Origin: Trichosphaerium sp. ATCC 40318
Taxonomy: Eukaryota > Protista > Tubulinea
DNA: 36,747 bases
NCBI GenBank assembly: GCA_038496445.1
Contig: JALMLS010000604.1
Span: forward strand, 1-36,747
Direction of reading: 5' to 3'
This document shows positions 1-11,964 of the stretch, one piece after another. How positions within the stretch are numbered: position 1 is the first letter of the stretch; every line of letters starts with the position of its first letter. The notes under the pieces were generated by a model that was not told the DNA's origin, made no database searches, and saw only the letters and a list, made by a program, of their open reading frames with translations. The position numbers and the translations under genes are program-made.

Positions 1-2636
1 CCTAAAAAAAACAAACATATGTCAACAGTGATAGTCGAAAGTCTAGGTTAGGTGAACAACAAATGGTAATACTCAAATGATTATAGATTTGACATATTGG
101 CACAACAACAAAAGCGAGGTTGCTGGTTCAGAGAGATGCCATAAATCAATTTTGTTTCTATTTTGTTTTTTGTTTTCAAAAGATTGTACCATTCTAAAGG
201 ATGCTTCAAATGTAATTCTTCCTCTGTCTTCGTCATAAATTTTATGATATTCATTCTCTCGAGCCAATAACCCTTTGGTGTTATGACTGCTGGTTTATGT
301 CGTGTACTAGATAAAAAAAACCAGTAAGAACTAAAAAACTTTTTTTGTCAAATACTCACGTGAACCGATGTTGATTCCATTTATACCTTGGGTATATAGA
401 TTTCATCATCCGATACATTGAATTTTTATACCTACAAAGTGGGATTATTAAAAACAAAGAAATTTGAAGTTTTAACAATTAAAGAGAAGTCAAAAAAACT
501 GAAGCTGATTTACAGGATAGTTGTTAATGTACTTGAGTAATATTTGAGAGCCACCCATTGTTCCAATAGCATTTGCTGAAACGTCATACCAATCACTTAA
601 TGACTTGAAATTGACGTGCTTGGCCATGCCTTCAAACCATGCTTTTTGAGTATTCTTTGCGTCCCAATTACTCTTTGGCGGGATCCTAATGCAAATGTAA
701 ATCTTGCAGCACAAATAGTTGAAAGTCACTCAGTACAACGTACTTAAAACGCCATGAATGCCAGTGAACGTAAGGATAAATAGCTTCTAACGATCTATAT
801 AATGACCCATACCTAAAGCAAACTTAGTAAGACAGCTTTTATAAACGGAGTGAATTGAGAAACTTGCTTTAAAACAAATTACGTTCTAAGAATGTGAGAT
901 CCTCCAGCCTTTGATACGTCTGCTGCTGTAACATCATACCAATCGTCCATTAGTTTAATATCTAGAACGGCTCCTATTTTACCAAGCCAAAGTAAATGAC
1001 TTGTTATAAGGTGACTAGGCGGTAGTTTCCTAGTATACTTGTAAGTAAAATGTTGTTTAAAAACACGAACTAATAGAATTCTATTGAGGCGTACCTATAA
1101 AGTCTTGGTATATTTTTCTTCCAGGTTAACTGAATTGGATATAGATTGTCTAAAACATTTGTGACAGAATTATCATACCTAAAGCACGTCCAATGAACAA
1201 CAACAAAAGCTCATATGACATAAACGGAAAAAAATAGGAAAAAGATGTCGCAAAGCTTACAGATTCAGAATAGGATTTCCTCCAGCACCAACAATATCAC
1301 TAGTTTGTTTTAATTCCCAATCATCTCTTGTTTTAACATTGAGAGTTTTTGCAATATCGTCAAACTTTTCCCTTTGATTCTTGATGTCATGCCAAAACTT
1401 TGTTGGAACACATCTAGTTAAATTTAATGTCAACAACGAAGCTGTTCAACAAAAAAATGGTAGTGAGAGATCTTAATATTAATACACACCTGAATTTCCA
1501 CGCAATCCAGGGATGCTCAGGGAAACTTGTTTTGAGCGCTGAGTACAGAGATCCGTGACTTTTTTTGAGTTCAATGAAGAAACTAGTTAATTTGTAGGCG
1601 TACTATTCAAGCACTGGAAGGCTTCTCAGACGTGTGATGGTAGCAAAAGTTACATCATACCACGCGTCATACGTTTTCATGGATAATTCAATCGCAATAT
1701 CATTCAACTTCTTTTTATGATTATCAAGGTCGCTCCAAGTATTTGCAGGTGAACAACTATAGAAAAAATATGAGTTTCAAAACCAAGCAAAATAAAACAC
1801 AACTCACACGAAGTTATACCCAACCCATTCGTACTCTGGGTATATGCCAGACAGAGAACTGATAAGCGATCCATTATATCTATCGTTTTAAGGTTCTTGA
1901 TAAACAAGAGTGTAGAGTTACCTGTTTATGATGTTACCTGCGTCATTTTCTCTAAGATCTTCCACAGTAACATTATACCAATCACTTAGTTTTTCTATCC
2001 CCAAGACCTCCCAAAGCTCATCATACCTCTTTCTTTGGTTTTTAACATCTTCCCAGTAACCTTGAGGCGCATTCCTTATAAATCTTAAGCTCCGAGAGCC
2101 ACAATAACAAAAATAAAAGGCTATTTTTACATCTTATTTTAAAAAAAGACTCACTGAAAGCGCCATGATTCCCAATTAAACCAAGGGTATGCCATGCTCA
2201 AAGCCTTTGATATAGATCCATTATGACTAACAGATTGTCAAGATAATCTTGGAACAGGTTAGACTAAGTTTTGTCAACGAACCAGTGCATGACAACACCG
2301 CCACCAATGTCAATAACATCATTTTTAGTAACTGAGTACCAATCTTCAAGCTGTGTCCTGTTATTTTACAACGTGCCAAACCAACTTATGTGAGTTGTAG
2401 TAAGTGCGTACTTGTAGAACATGGAGTTTTGGGCCCGCTGTTTCGTCAAAAAACTTTTGATGGTTTAAAGGGTCTAACCAGTATCCCGAAGGCTTTTTTT
2501 CGCGTGTGTGAGGTTCTGATACGGATTTGTTAGGAACGTTTATCGCTGCTGTCATAATACGTTAGTATCTTCGCTTTCGCACGTCATTACGTTGGTTAGT
2601 GGCCCTTTGGCTTATTTTACGTAACACATTATTCAT
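1..2636 (-). CDS. Multi-exon Trp-rich tandem repeat protein (at least 7 repeats of ~70-75 aa); 3' end lies outside the window
   Basis: Manual splicing gives MNNVLRKISQRATNQPAINVP..KPSGYWLDPLNHQKFFD..LEDWYSVT..HNGSISKALSMAYPWFNWESWRF, then NAPQGYWEDVKNQRKRYD..LSDWYNVT..YNGSLISSLSGIYPEYEW and further copies down to PKGYWLERMNIIKFM at ~270-190. GT-AG introns keep the frame throughout. Confidence 0.85.
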
Positions 2637-2794
2637 TATTGTTGTCCCTTCGATTAATTAACGCGGTTTCAAGCATTCCACGCGTATTATACATGCATAA
2701 AGCAAATGTACTGCTAATAAGCGACCTGCAATGTCAAAATGTTGGTACTTTGCTTAACGGGATCATAAGTCAGTGCTGACTCATTTTTCTCACG

Positions 2795-4338
2795 ATGAAC
2801 TACCTCTACGACACGCTAAATTATGCCACCGAACAACTGGCTTACATGGCGGGCATGCAACCGACTTTGGCGTCTCAATTTGTTGCAATTGCCGACAAAT
2901 TTACTAGCTTGCAAGAAGTAACCCAGGCACTTCGCCAATCTGGTCTAGAGTCATCAAACCGTACGTAAAACCAAAATTGCTAGTAGTTGTTAAATCATCA
3001 ACCAACTGCCTCTGGTGTATTTTATGCGCGTAGTATAAGCCATCAAAGCGTTAGTTAGTTGGTTTTAAATTAATGACTCAGCAAAACAAAAACCCGTTAA
3101 TGTCTATCACATAAAACGTATTCCTAACGTTTTTTAGTTATCATAGGCATAGATTACACAAAATCAAATACATGGACAGGTCAACGAACCTTTAACAACC
3201 AATGTTTACACGCTTTAAACGTACGTAATAAATAGGAACCTAACCGTGAACTAATATTGGCACTTACTACCTTACATAGCCAATGCCAAACATTTTAAAT
3301 CCGTACCAACAAGTAATAGCCATTTTAGGCGCTACACTTGCGCCATTCGATGAGGATGGTCTAATTCCAGTACGCCACAATATGTACTTACTATTACTCA
3401 TTACAGTTTGTAGGTTTATGGGTGAGTACGTGTTAACACGTTGAGTCTTTTGGTTCATAGATTACCGCACTTTTTTTTCTGACAAGTTTTTTTTTACTAG
3501 TTTTGGAGATCGTACTACTGCTGATAGAGCTGTTTTTCCTTTCTTAGAAGAAAGACCTTGTAATGGTTTTGAGGAAGTACTAGCAAGATACAGAGAAATA
3601 ACACCAAACGTAGAATTAAGTGGACCAACTTCGTTTGCTCCTTTAATAAGAGGTACTTGTACCACATTTCAAAAACTTTTTTTCCTGCACTTCTCTTTAT
3701 TTGTACATACTTTATACTTGTTGTCGTACTAAATTTAATTGGTATAGAAGCTATAAATATTGTAAAGCATTCAAAGGAATATCACATATTGCTCATCATT
3801 GCAGATGGTCAAGTGGTTAATAAGAAACAGACGGCTGATGCAATTATTGAAGCATCAAATTATCCGTTATCTATTATAATGGTTGGTGTTGGTGATGGTT
3901 CGTAGTTAAATATGGCATTAATGTTTACTTGTTTTACCTAACATATTTAAATTAGGACCATGGGATGAGATGGAAAAATACGATGACCAACTACCAAGTA
4001 CACATACAATTTTTTTTTGTGTTTTGTTTTGTGAAGCTGATTAAACAACCCTTGAATTCGGAGTTTGTTACTTTGAGTTGAAGGGAGTTCATGATGCTAT
4101 TTTTTTTATCGACACGTGATCAAACTGATATCGATTGACAGGGAGAAAATTCGATAATTTTCAGTTTGTTGACTTTCATAAAATAATGTCACGTGCCGAA
4201 AATATGGAGGTTGCGTTCAGGTAAATACCACACTTTTCTTTTTTTTGACTTTTTCAAATCTAACGGTACTTTAGTGTTGCAGCTTTGCAAGAAATACCTG
4301 ACCAGTTCGCAGCTATTAGCAAGCTTGGTATTCTTTAG
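2795..4338 (+). CDS. Copine/RGLG-type vWA-domain protein (no C2 or RING domain), 8 exons
   Basis: Spliced translation contains [90 protein letters not shown] and ALQEIPDQF, all copine vWA hallmarks. Ends KLGIL-TAG. Confidence 0.93.
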
Positions 4339-4851
4339 TCAAGTCAAGCTTTTTTATAATTTTGTACATTATTCTTGTGTTATAAAACGTAATCAAACAA
4401 GTGGTATTGTTTAGTTGTAAACTGTAAGTGTAAAAACATAAACTATTAATCTCTATGGTCATTTATTGTGTCAGTATAAACAAAGTTGCATGACATGCTT
4501 CATTATTGTTGCTACAAATTCTCAAACATTAAAAATTCTCGAGAACAACTGCACTAAAATTATTGCTTTATGCGAGAAAAAGACCACTACAAACGCTGGT
4601 GCTTCATGAGCTATTTGTTGTTTTCAAACACAACCATACAAATAAATGCTGCTCTCTTGTGTCGATGCCTTTCATAACATCAATTGCTACGACAAACCGC
4701 TGAGCGTAACAGTTCAACTATTTTTCAGAAGCATAAGTTAAAGGAAACAAAAAAAAAAGTTTGTTCCCTTTCGAGGTACAGAGATGTGTTACAAAGAATG
4801 AGTTTTAAAAGGATGAAGTTTATTCCTGGGAGCGGGTTCTTGCAGTCACGT

Positions 4852-5210
4852 TTAAGCTTTTAAATACCAACGTAGGACGGCTACAATAGCAAAGAAGAGA
4901 CCAGAATAAACATACAACGTCTTGCTCTTGTTGTAAGCGGCACACTTTACACTAGTTGTACATGAGCTGGGCGCATTCTCTCTCACAAAATCGCAATCAT
5001 AGCCTTTGCGAGTTGTACATACACACCCTAATGGACTCGGATTACAGCAGTAGAAACACTCAAGGTTTAATAAACAGTCGCTCTCGGAAGCATCTACAGG
5101 TTGGTTACAAATAGGCTTTGTAAATGACATCAGCAGTTACCTGGATCGCATTGTGCTGCGGTGTAAATAACAAATGTAATAACCAGAAGTATGATGAGTT
5201 GAAGTGTCAT
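4852..5210 (-). CDS. Small Cys-rich protein with signal peptide and C-terminal hydrophobic helix (2 exons)
   Basis: MTLQLIILLVITFVIYTAAQCDP, then a GT-AG intron, then DASESDCLLNLECFYCC..CVC..C..C..C..YSGLFFAIVAVLRWYLKA-stop. A minus-strand AATAAA lies at ~4819-4824. Confidence 0.75.
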
Positions 5211-5579
5211 GGTTGTTGTTCAGTTTAGATTTGAATAAAAAGAGAACCAATGGATTAAGTCAATACCCAAATCAAAAAACAATTGACCTTTTTGGTTTTT
5301 TAGCTTGATGATCAGGTACCCAACAACAAACAGACTCTCTATGCGAGTAGCGTTTTTAAATCAATAGGTTGTGTGGGTCACACTATTATCTAAAGCTATT
5401 ACAACTTAAACTTCAATTTTCAGTGGTTTTTTTTTTTCAGCTTATAGAATCACACAAGATAACGGGTCACACAAGCACAACAAAACCCGTTCTTGTTTAT
5501 AACTTTTAGCCATCAATGTTAACTACAGGATATAGAAAAACGTTCACCAAAAAAAAACAACAGAAAACTTCAATACCTT

Positions 5580-6715
5580 CATCGCCCAAGTCATGTATCC
5601 GAAGCTAAAAGCGATTATTGCCTTCCGCTTTCAATACATAAAAAACTAGCGCCTCAAGGTAACAATTCTGGTTGTTTGCGAACTCAAAATCACGTTTTAC
5701 ACAATGTGTGAACCTGTGAATTCAAAAATTCGCGAATAATTTTTAAGTGAAAAACGAAACTTGAGTGAATATTTACTACAAATTACAGTTTGTCACCAAC
5801 CACTAGTGACTGCTCCCTCACATGAACAATCTCAAAAATTTTGCCATCTCACTACAAACCACGAGACATTGAAAAACTACACTGTCACGTGTTTCAAAAA
5901 CAGAAATTACAAATAATTTCTCCAATTGCGTATCACGTGATACTATTTTATCAAAACGCGAATTGTCTCCAAAGCTTGAGTGAAGTGAAACATCATGATG
6001 CGATAGAACAGAATATAGCAACGCAAAAGTTTAGTTCCTAATCTGAAAACTACAAATGTTTCACAAACTATAGTTTCTCTAGTCTCGCATTCCAAACAGC
6101 ACGCTCCACTAAACGCGACAAAATATGAGCATAACCTTATCATCAGCGTGCAAGATATTGCCTTTGGTGTGAAGTAAAGCTGCAGGTGTGCCAACTTTGA
6201 ATCACGTTGTACCAACCCAAGAAGATCCCACACGAAAATTCTATGCACTAGTTTTTGAAAAATATAAGCGTACTTACGACCTTGGCACAGCCATTTCATG
6301 AGTGTAGGTTTAAAAAGTTCAGTTTTAGTTAAATGTCTGAGCGAGTAGATATCCCAATCAACTGTAATTTTATAAAACAACTGTCGCTGAGCTCTTTAAA
6401 AGACAGTTTGTTGGCCAAAACAGCAAATAGTTTATTGAGGTAACTAGAGTGACAGTAAAGCCATCACTAACACAAGTACTACGTAGGTGCCACAGTGCTT
6501 GGATAAAATGTTGGAACAGTAGTGGTTGAAGAGGATGGTGTTGTTGGTGCTTCTGTGTTAGGTGGAGCAGAAGTAGATGGTGATCCGTTGTAGGCTTCTG
6601 TGGTTGGTTAAGCAGTTGCCGATATAGAAGGAGAGTAGGTAGAAAGAGATAATGTAGTTGGATGCAGCGTTGTTGAAGGTAGCGTGGTTGGAGGTTGAGT
6701 TGTTGGTGAGGTACA
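5580..6715 (-). pseudogene. Decayed coding relics: a Thr/Pro/Ser-rich mucin-like stalk plus fragments resembling the Trp-repeat family
   Basis: 6713-6484 reads TSPTTQPPTTLPSTTLHPTT..SATA*PTTEAYNGSPSTSAPPNTEAPTTPSSS with an in-frame TAA at 6608-6610. Downstream are LFAVLANKLSFKELSD (frameshift) FYKITVD, GWYNV and FTHCVKRDFEFANNQNCYLEAL. Confidence 0.45.
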
Positions 6716-7126
6716 AAAATGCTAGGGTTTGGGAATAATGCGATGTCAAACTAGCAACAACATACGAGAACAGCAAAGGAGTTTTTACAGACGATCAACA
6801 GAGTTGGCTACAGAAAACGAAAAATTTGGAGCGATTAAGACTTTCCACGTCATGTGGTAAAGGTTTTTATCTGTCAAAATGAGATAGGCATTCCAACAAA
6901 ACGCTATTACAAGGTTAGTTTGCATCTTAACTGTTTGACACCTGGGTGCAACTGATAAATAACAGTCACTAATCACGTGACCTGTATGTTTACATCCATA
7001 GTGGTTTAGACGCCTAAAATATGCAGTATGGTCACAAAGTTTTGCCTGTAGTATCATCATGTTTCGAGGCCTCCTCGGTAGTAAACGCTTGTCAGAAACC
7101 CACAAAAAAACTTTACAATATCAAGT

Positions 7127-8972
7127 TTATTTAGCTCTACCTTTTTTTAGAACTGGGTTTTTTTCTAATTCATAACCTTTTAGTCCTACAAATGAATCAA
7201 GATCAGCATCTTTTTTTTCTGGATTTACAATGTCATTCTTAGTTTTTTCTGTTTTTTTCATTTCGACTTCACCCTTGTCTTTATTTTTCCCTTGTTCATC
7301 TAATGCTATGCGTAACTTAGTTTCCATTATGTACTCATTACATGATCTTATTATAAAAAGCATATCTTTTGAATCAAGGAAGAACTGTAAGAACTCTGGA
7401 TCCATCTTTGCCAAATTGACATTTTCAGCTGTACTTATATGAACCTTATTAATAGCCATCTGCTTTTTGTTTGCTATACATAACTCCATTGTCCCTAGTA
7501 ACCCTCTACCACTTATTGGTACAACTACCCTCTTTTTTTCTGATGAAGGAAGTCCAGGTTGAAGCAGATTCGCAAAAACAGGTTGGGTAAAAACAGCAAG
7601 ATACTTTGACTTTCCTTCTTCGTCGTATTCAAATGTGTCTTCTTCTGGTGAGAATCTAGTGGTTGCTCTTTCTCCGCGCGATGATATATAGTAGAATGTA
7701 GATGATAATATAGATTTAACGAACTACAAAGGAGTTAGAGATAGAGATCTTCAGACGGAAAAAAACGAGAAAAACAAAAGAAGATACAAAAGCTAAGAAC
7801 TTTCAAACTGACCTTGTCTCTTACTGTCTTTGATGTAAATTGTAGATTTTCCTCAAGCCTCAGAGACAGTAATGTAGATAGAAATGTTGGTGTATGTACA
7901 TAACTACGTGCAATACTAGGATCCTAAAAAAAATTAAAAACCAAGCAAGGAACATATTTTCGCAACTTACAATAGCTGTTGTAAAAACGCCGTTTATCAT
8001 TGGCACCTAGTACAATTAATAAAATAGTATAATAGATATGGATAGTACCAATCCAGGTCTCTTCGCTTGGCCAAGGATAGCGCTAGTCAACTGAATATCA
8101 GAGGCTGGTAGCAACAACTTTGAATCTTCAATCTACATTAAATAAGTTGAATACACAAGAGACAAAAAGATCAAGAAATCTCCTCTACGTACACCTTTAT
8201 TAGCCTTTCTAAAGTCTTCTACTAACTTCTCATGTGCTTTATTCTCCATCCAAGATTTAAAGGCAGTTTCAGAAGTGAACAGGAAAATAGTAGAGCGAAT
8301 AGTTAAAAACTTTACTGTATTCTCCATTGCAAGACCAACAATAAACCAACTAATATCATTTTATGTAAGCTACCTTTGGTACTCACCACGTGACTTTTTG
8401 AAAATTATTTACGTACTCTTTTAGTTTAGATAGAGCTTGTGCAACCATTGTAGGCCCAATAATTATCTTAAGAACATCGGGTTGCGAGAGAGGAGATGAT
8501 GGCTAAAATGACGTTTTAGATTATTGTTTTTTGAAAACTGCTTCGAAACAGTTTTGGAAGTTGTTTTAAAAGCGTACTACGCGTTTTTTAATTAGGGAGA
8601 AGCGATTAAGCTAATTATTGAGACGTATACACGTACGTCTGGTAATCCAATTTCCTTTCTTTGCTGTGACTTCTCTATAGTGTCGCAAAGGGATCTATGG
8701 CGCGTAAGGGGCCAGTATAGACGCGAAAATTACCTATACTCTGGACTTCGCCTACATTGGTTCAACTGATCCAGTGTTGACAGTACTGAACGTTGTCGCA
8801 CGGCATTAATGCCTTTATTCTCAAACTGGCTATTAACTTTTCTTATTTGCTCCTCAGACATTAACGAAGCTACAGTAATAGATCGCGACGGCGTTTTACG
8901 CTTGTTTAGGTCATTTACCCTTACACGCCTACCAGAGAAACATGACGCGTATTTACACGTACGTGGTAGCAT
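7127..8972 (-). CDS. Multi-exon protein of unknown function; C-terminal part weakly resembles the Coa1/Tim21 fold
   Basis: A chain of GT-AG-bounded open exons runs from an Arg-rich N-terminus (MLPR..RRVRVN) to ..VVVPISGRGLLGTMELCIANKKQMAINKVHI..KKGRAK-TAA. The gene is well supported; the product call is weak. Confidence 0.6.
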
Positions 8973-9228
8973 AGCCAACCACTTATTATGCGTATTTAGA
9001 GGTAATAAGAAAAAAAAGCATCAAGTGAATCCACCATTTAAGTCATGCTTACTAACCAACCAAACCTCCTTTTAATCCGCCAACCAGCCCTATCTGCGCC
9101 TGATAAGTCAACCCCCAAGCACTAAACCGAGTTTTAAAAACAAGCTTAAACTAAAAAAGAAGAAAGCAAACAAAAAAAGCGGTTACAAATAAATTCTATT
9201 TGGACTGAGTTCTATCTCGCTTGTATTA

Positions 9229-9877
9229 TTACTTTGGAGCTAAATTGACACCAACGCGAGGATTAGCAAAGCGACCCTTAGATGGTTCTAACTTCCCTAC
9301 AATACAATCATTAATTAAAAAAGATGTAGCTCGCAGCTTGAGATAAAACTTTTCTGCTCACAAGAAAAATCACGTGGTAAAAAAAAAATTTTCTGACTGA
9401 AAAAGAATGCGCGGTATCGTACCAGTTTTATGGTTGTACACCTGTCCTGCGCCTTCAATGCGTATTTCTCCAACCTAGAAAGAAAAATTCGTTAATGACG
9501 CAACACTATCGACATAGTATTACTACGAGTACAGTAACTAACGAATACACGTGGTGCAGTTAAAAAAAACTAAAAAAAGACGATAAAAAAAAAACTAATT
9601 ACAAAGAAATCGAGAATCTCCAAGCTCTTAGATGATATCATGCAGTATCCTCGCGGTATACGAATAAATAACTACGTACTTCAATTGTCTTTGGTAAACG
9701 AGCCATCTCCGCTTCGCGTTCGCGCTTCTTTGCTTCGCTCTTGGCCCTGGCTTCAGCTTTTATCGCTTCAACATCAACACCTCGTGCGTTCCTTGTACAC
9801 TTCTCGTGGTACGGTTTTCCGTCTACCATGACTTCTCCGAAGCATATGCTGTTCTTACAAAAGGTGCACCTCGACAT
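9229..9877 (-). CDS. Small protein (~106 aa) with a single LIM-type Zn finger and a charged helix (3 exons)
   Basis: MSRCTFCKNSICFGEVMVDGKPYHEKC (C-x2-C-x16-H-x2-C), EAIKAEARAKSEAKKREREAE, then VGEIRIEGAGQVYNHKT and GKLEPSKGRFANPRVGVNLAPK-TAA joined by canonical introns. Confidence 0.8.
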
Positions 9878-10341
9878 TGCGTGTGTTGTAGTGTAAAAAG
9901 AAAATTGAAGGTCAACGCTTGGCGTTGTCAATAGAAGAATATTCTGGACTTACCAAGTTATTCACAGACAATTGAAGAATTACCATGCCAACAAGAAGTT
10001 GATTAGAGGGTTGTGCAAAGTTGGGAGTGTGATAGAAAGTTTTTCATAGGAGATTTTAACGCGAAAACTTAGTTTGTTTTTACGAGGTTTGACTGCTGTT
10101 GATTTGCAAAATAAAACGCACAGAATACTACAAACAATGTCTTTGCCTTATCATCATGATACAAAGTGCAAGAGAAGTCTAACGAAAGCAGTCTTACGTA
10201 CGCATATTTCGATTTATTCTGCTAATCCACTTTTCGACTTTTTTTTTTGTTGAACTGGTGACAATAGTTGCTCTCGTTGAACCAATTGGCTTTGTTACAA
10301 CTACACTTCTAAACCATTTCCTAGAATCTTCAAGTTTTGAC

Positions 10342-11964
10342 ATGTTACTTCAAAACATCATGATCGTGTTGTCCAAAGTCATGGATCATTTGCGCTGTAG
10401 AGACATAGTTGCTTTATCGATTACATCAAACCTCTTCAGAAAAACAGTCAAAAGTCAGTTTAAACCACGAAATAAAGTTGTATCACTTGATGACATACCA
10501 GAGAAACAACTGAAATGCATCGATGAAAATTCTTCGAAATTATGCGATGTAGTAATTGTTGTCCTCAACGAAACAGTGCCTTTGTATAAAGTCAAAGTAT
10601 CTCGCTATGTACTTAGTATGAACTGTAGGTAAGTTTCAGAAAGTTTTAAATGTATTAGGTCGATACGGCCTCACACTTAATGAGCAAAGAGCTTTTTCTT
10701 ATTTTTTTCTGTAGGTATTTTTCGAATCTTTTCACAAACAACTTTGGTTCAAATGATGGTGTATTTCAGTATTTTCTCATCAAAGGCGAGACCGAAAACT
10801 CTTCGTTATTATTCTTGAATGCAATGGCAAGCGTCAACTGCTCAAAAGAGCTAGAAGATATTTCAAAAAACGAATCTTTTGATGACATTAAAGGTGTCAT
10901 AGTGAAGCTTGGACAGGTACGTCTAGTGAGTGATAACAGTGAATGTTTCGTGGCTTAAACGCACATACTCTTTTAATACTCACCTCGCGTTAGGTTGTCG
11001 AAAAAAAGAAGCAAACAGAATTATTTAAAAAAGTGACACCTATTTTATTACCTGAATCAATCGAATTGGTTGTTATGCTATATTCACTATTACTCGACCA
11101 GCCTACACCAGATTATATAGTCTTTCAAATTAACAAAGTGTTTCCAGATTTGAATAGGTTAATGGTGAAGATAACACAGAAGAGAATAAAGCTTAAACTA
11201 CCGAAAAATGTATTGCAAAAATGGGTACAAAAGTATGGCCGTTTAACAGGTGCTGAAGCCGTAAGCATGTGGTTCCTTGCTAGTATGTCGAAGCTATATT
11301 TAAAGCTCATTGATATACTAAGAATATTATAGGAATGGGTGGGCACCATGAATTCGCTCAGCTTGTTGAAGTCCATGTTACTTCAATGTTTGCTTTCTAT
11401 TTGTTTGTTTGCAAAAACACTCCTGAGCTACTTTGGTGGAACGACATATGGGGAGAAATAGTGACAAAGAAACAACTTAATGATAGCACATACATTTATA
11501 GAAACAACATTGGAGAAGACCCTGACAAGAGCACGTGAGTATAGCTTATATATTTCGCAACCTTTAACTCGTAGTACTATTTGTTTTTCCAAACTGATCC
11601 CTTTGTAAAAGCTGCTCAGTCAAACTTGTACTAGACAGGGCATCAAAAGATTCCATACAGGAAATTTATTGTGGAGGGTTCCTATGGTACTCCCTGGTGG
11701 TATTTCTTTTGTAATCTTGTCTTTCTTAGGTCTATTCGCACTTCACGAACCACCTGCACGGTCAAAATGCCTTCCAACATTGCTTGTCATATCATAGTAC
11801 CCAATTATTCGTGTTGGATCCGTTTTGATGGGGAAGAAGAAGAAGACGATGTACTTACGATTAAAATAAAAGATTTAAACAATCAACTTGTTGGGATCGC
11901 TAGTAACACAACAGAAGACCCATACAACAATATACATATTGGATTTATATGTGACGATGTGTAA
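10342..11964 (+). CDS. F-box-like + BTB/POZ + helical (BACK-like) + MATH-like protein
   Basis: N-terminal VLSKVMDHLRCRDIVALSITSNLFR (F-box-like), CDVVIVV..KVSRYVLSMNCRYFSNLF (BTB), and late IYCGGFLWSI (MATH-like). Exons join in frame through GT-AG introns. Confidence 0.72.

Noticed and set aside
6960-7060. Minus-strand ATGATGA (box C) as a possible snoRNA start
   Set aside because: No CTGA box D or terminal stem at a suitable distance.
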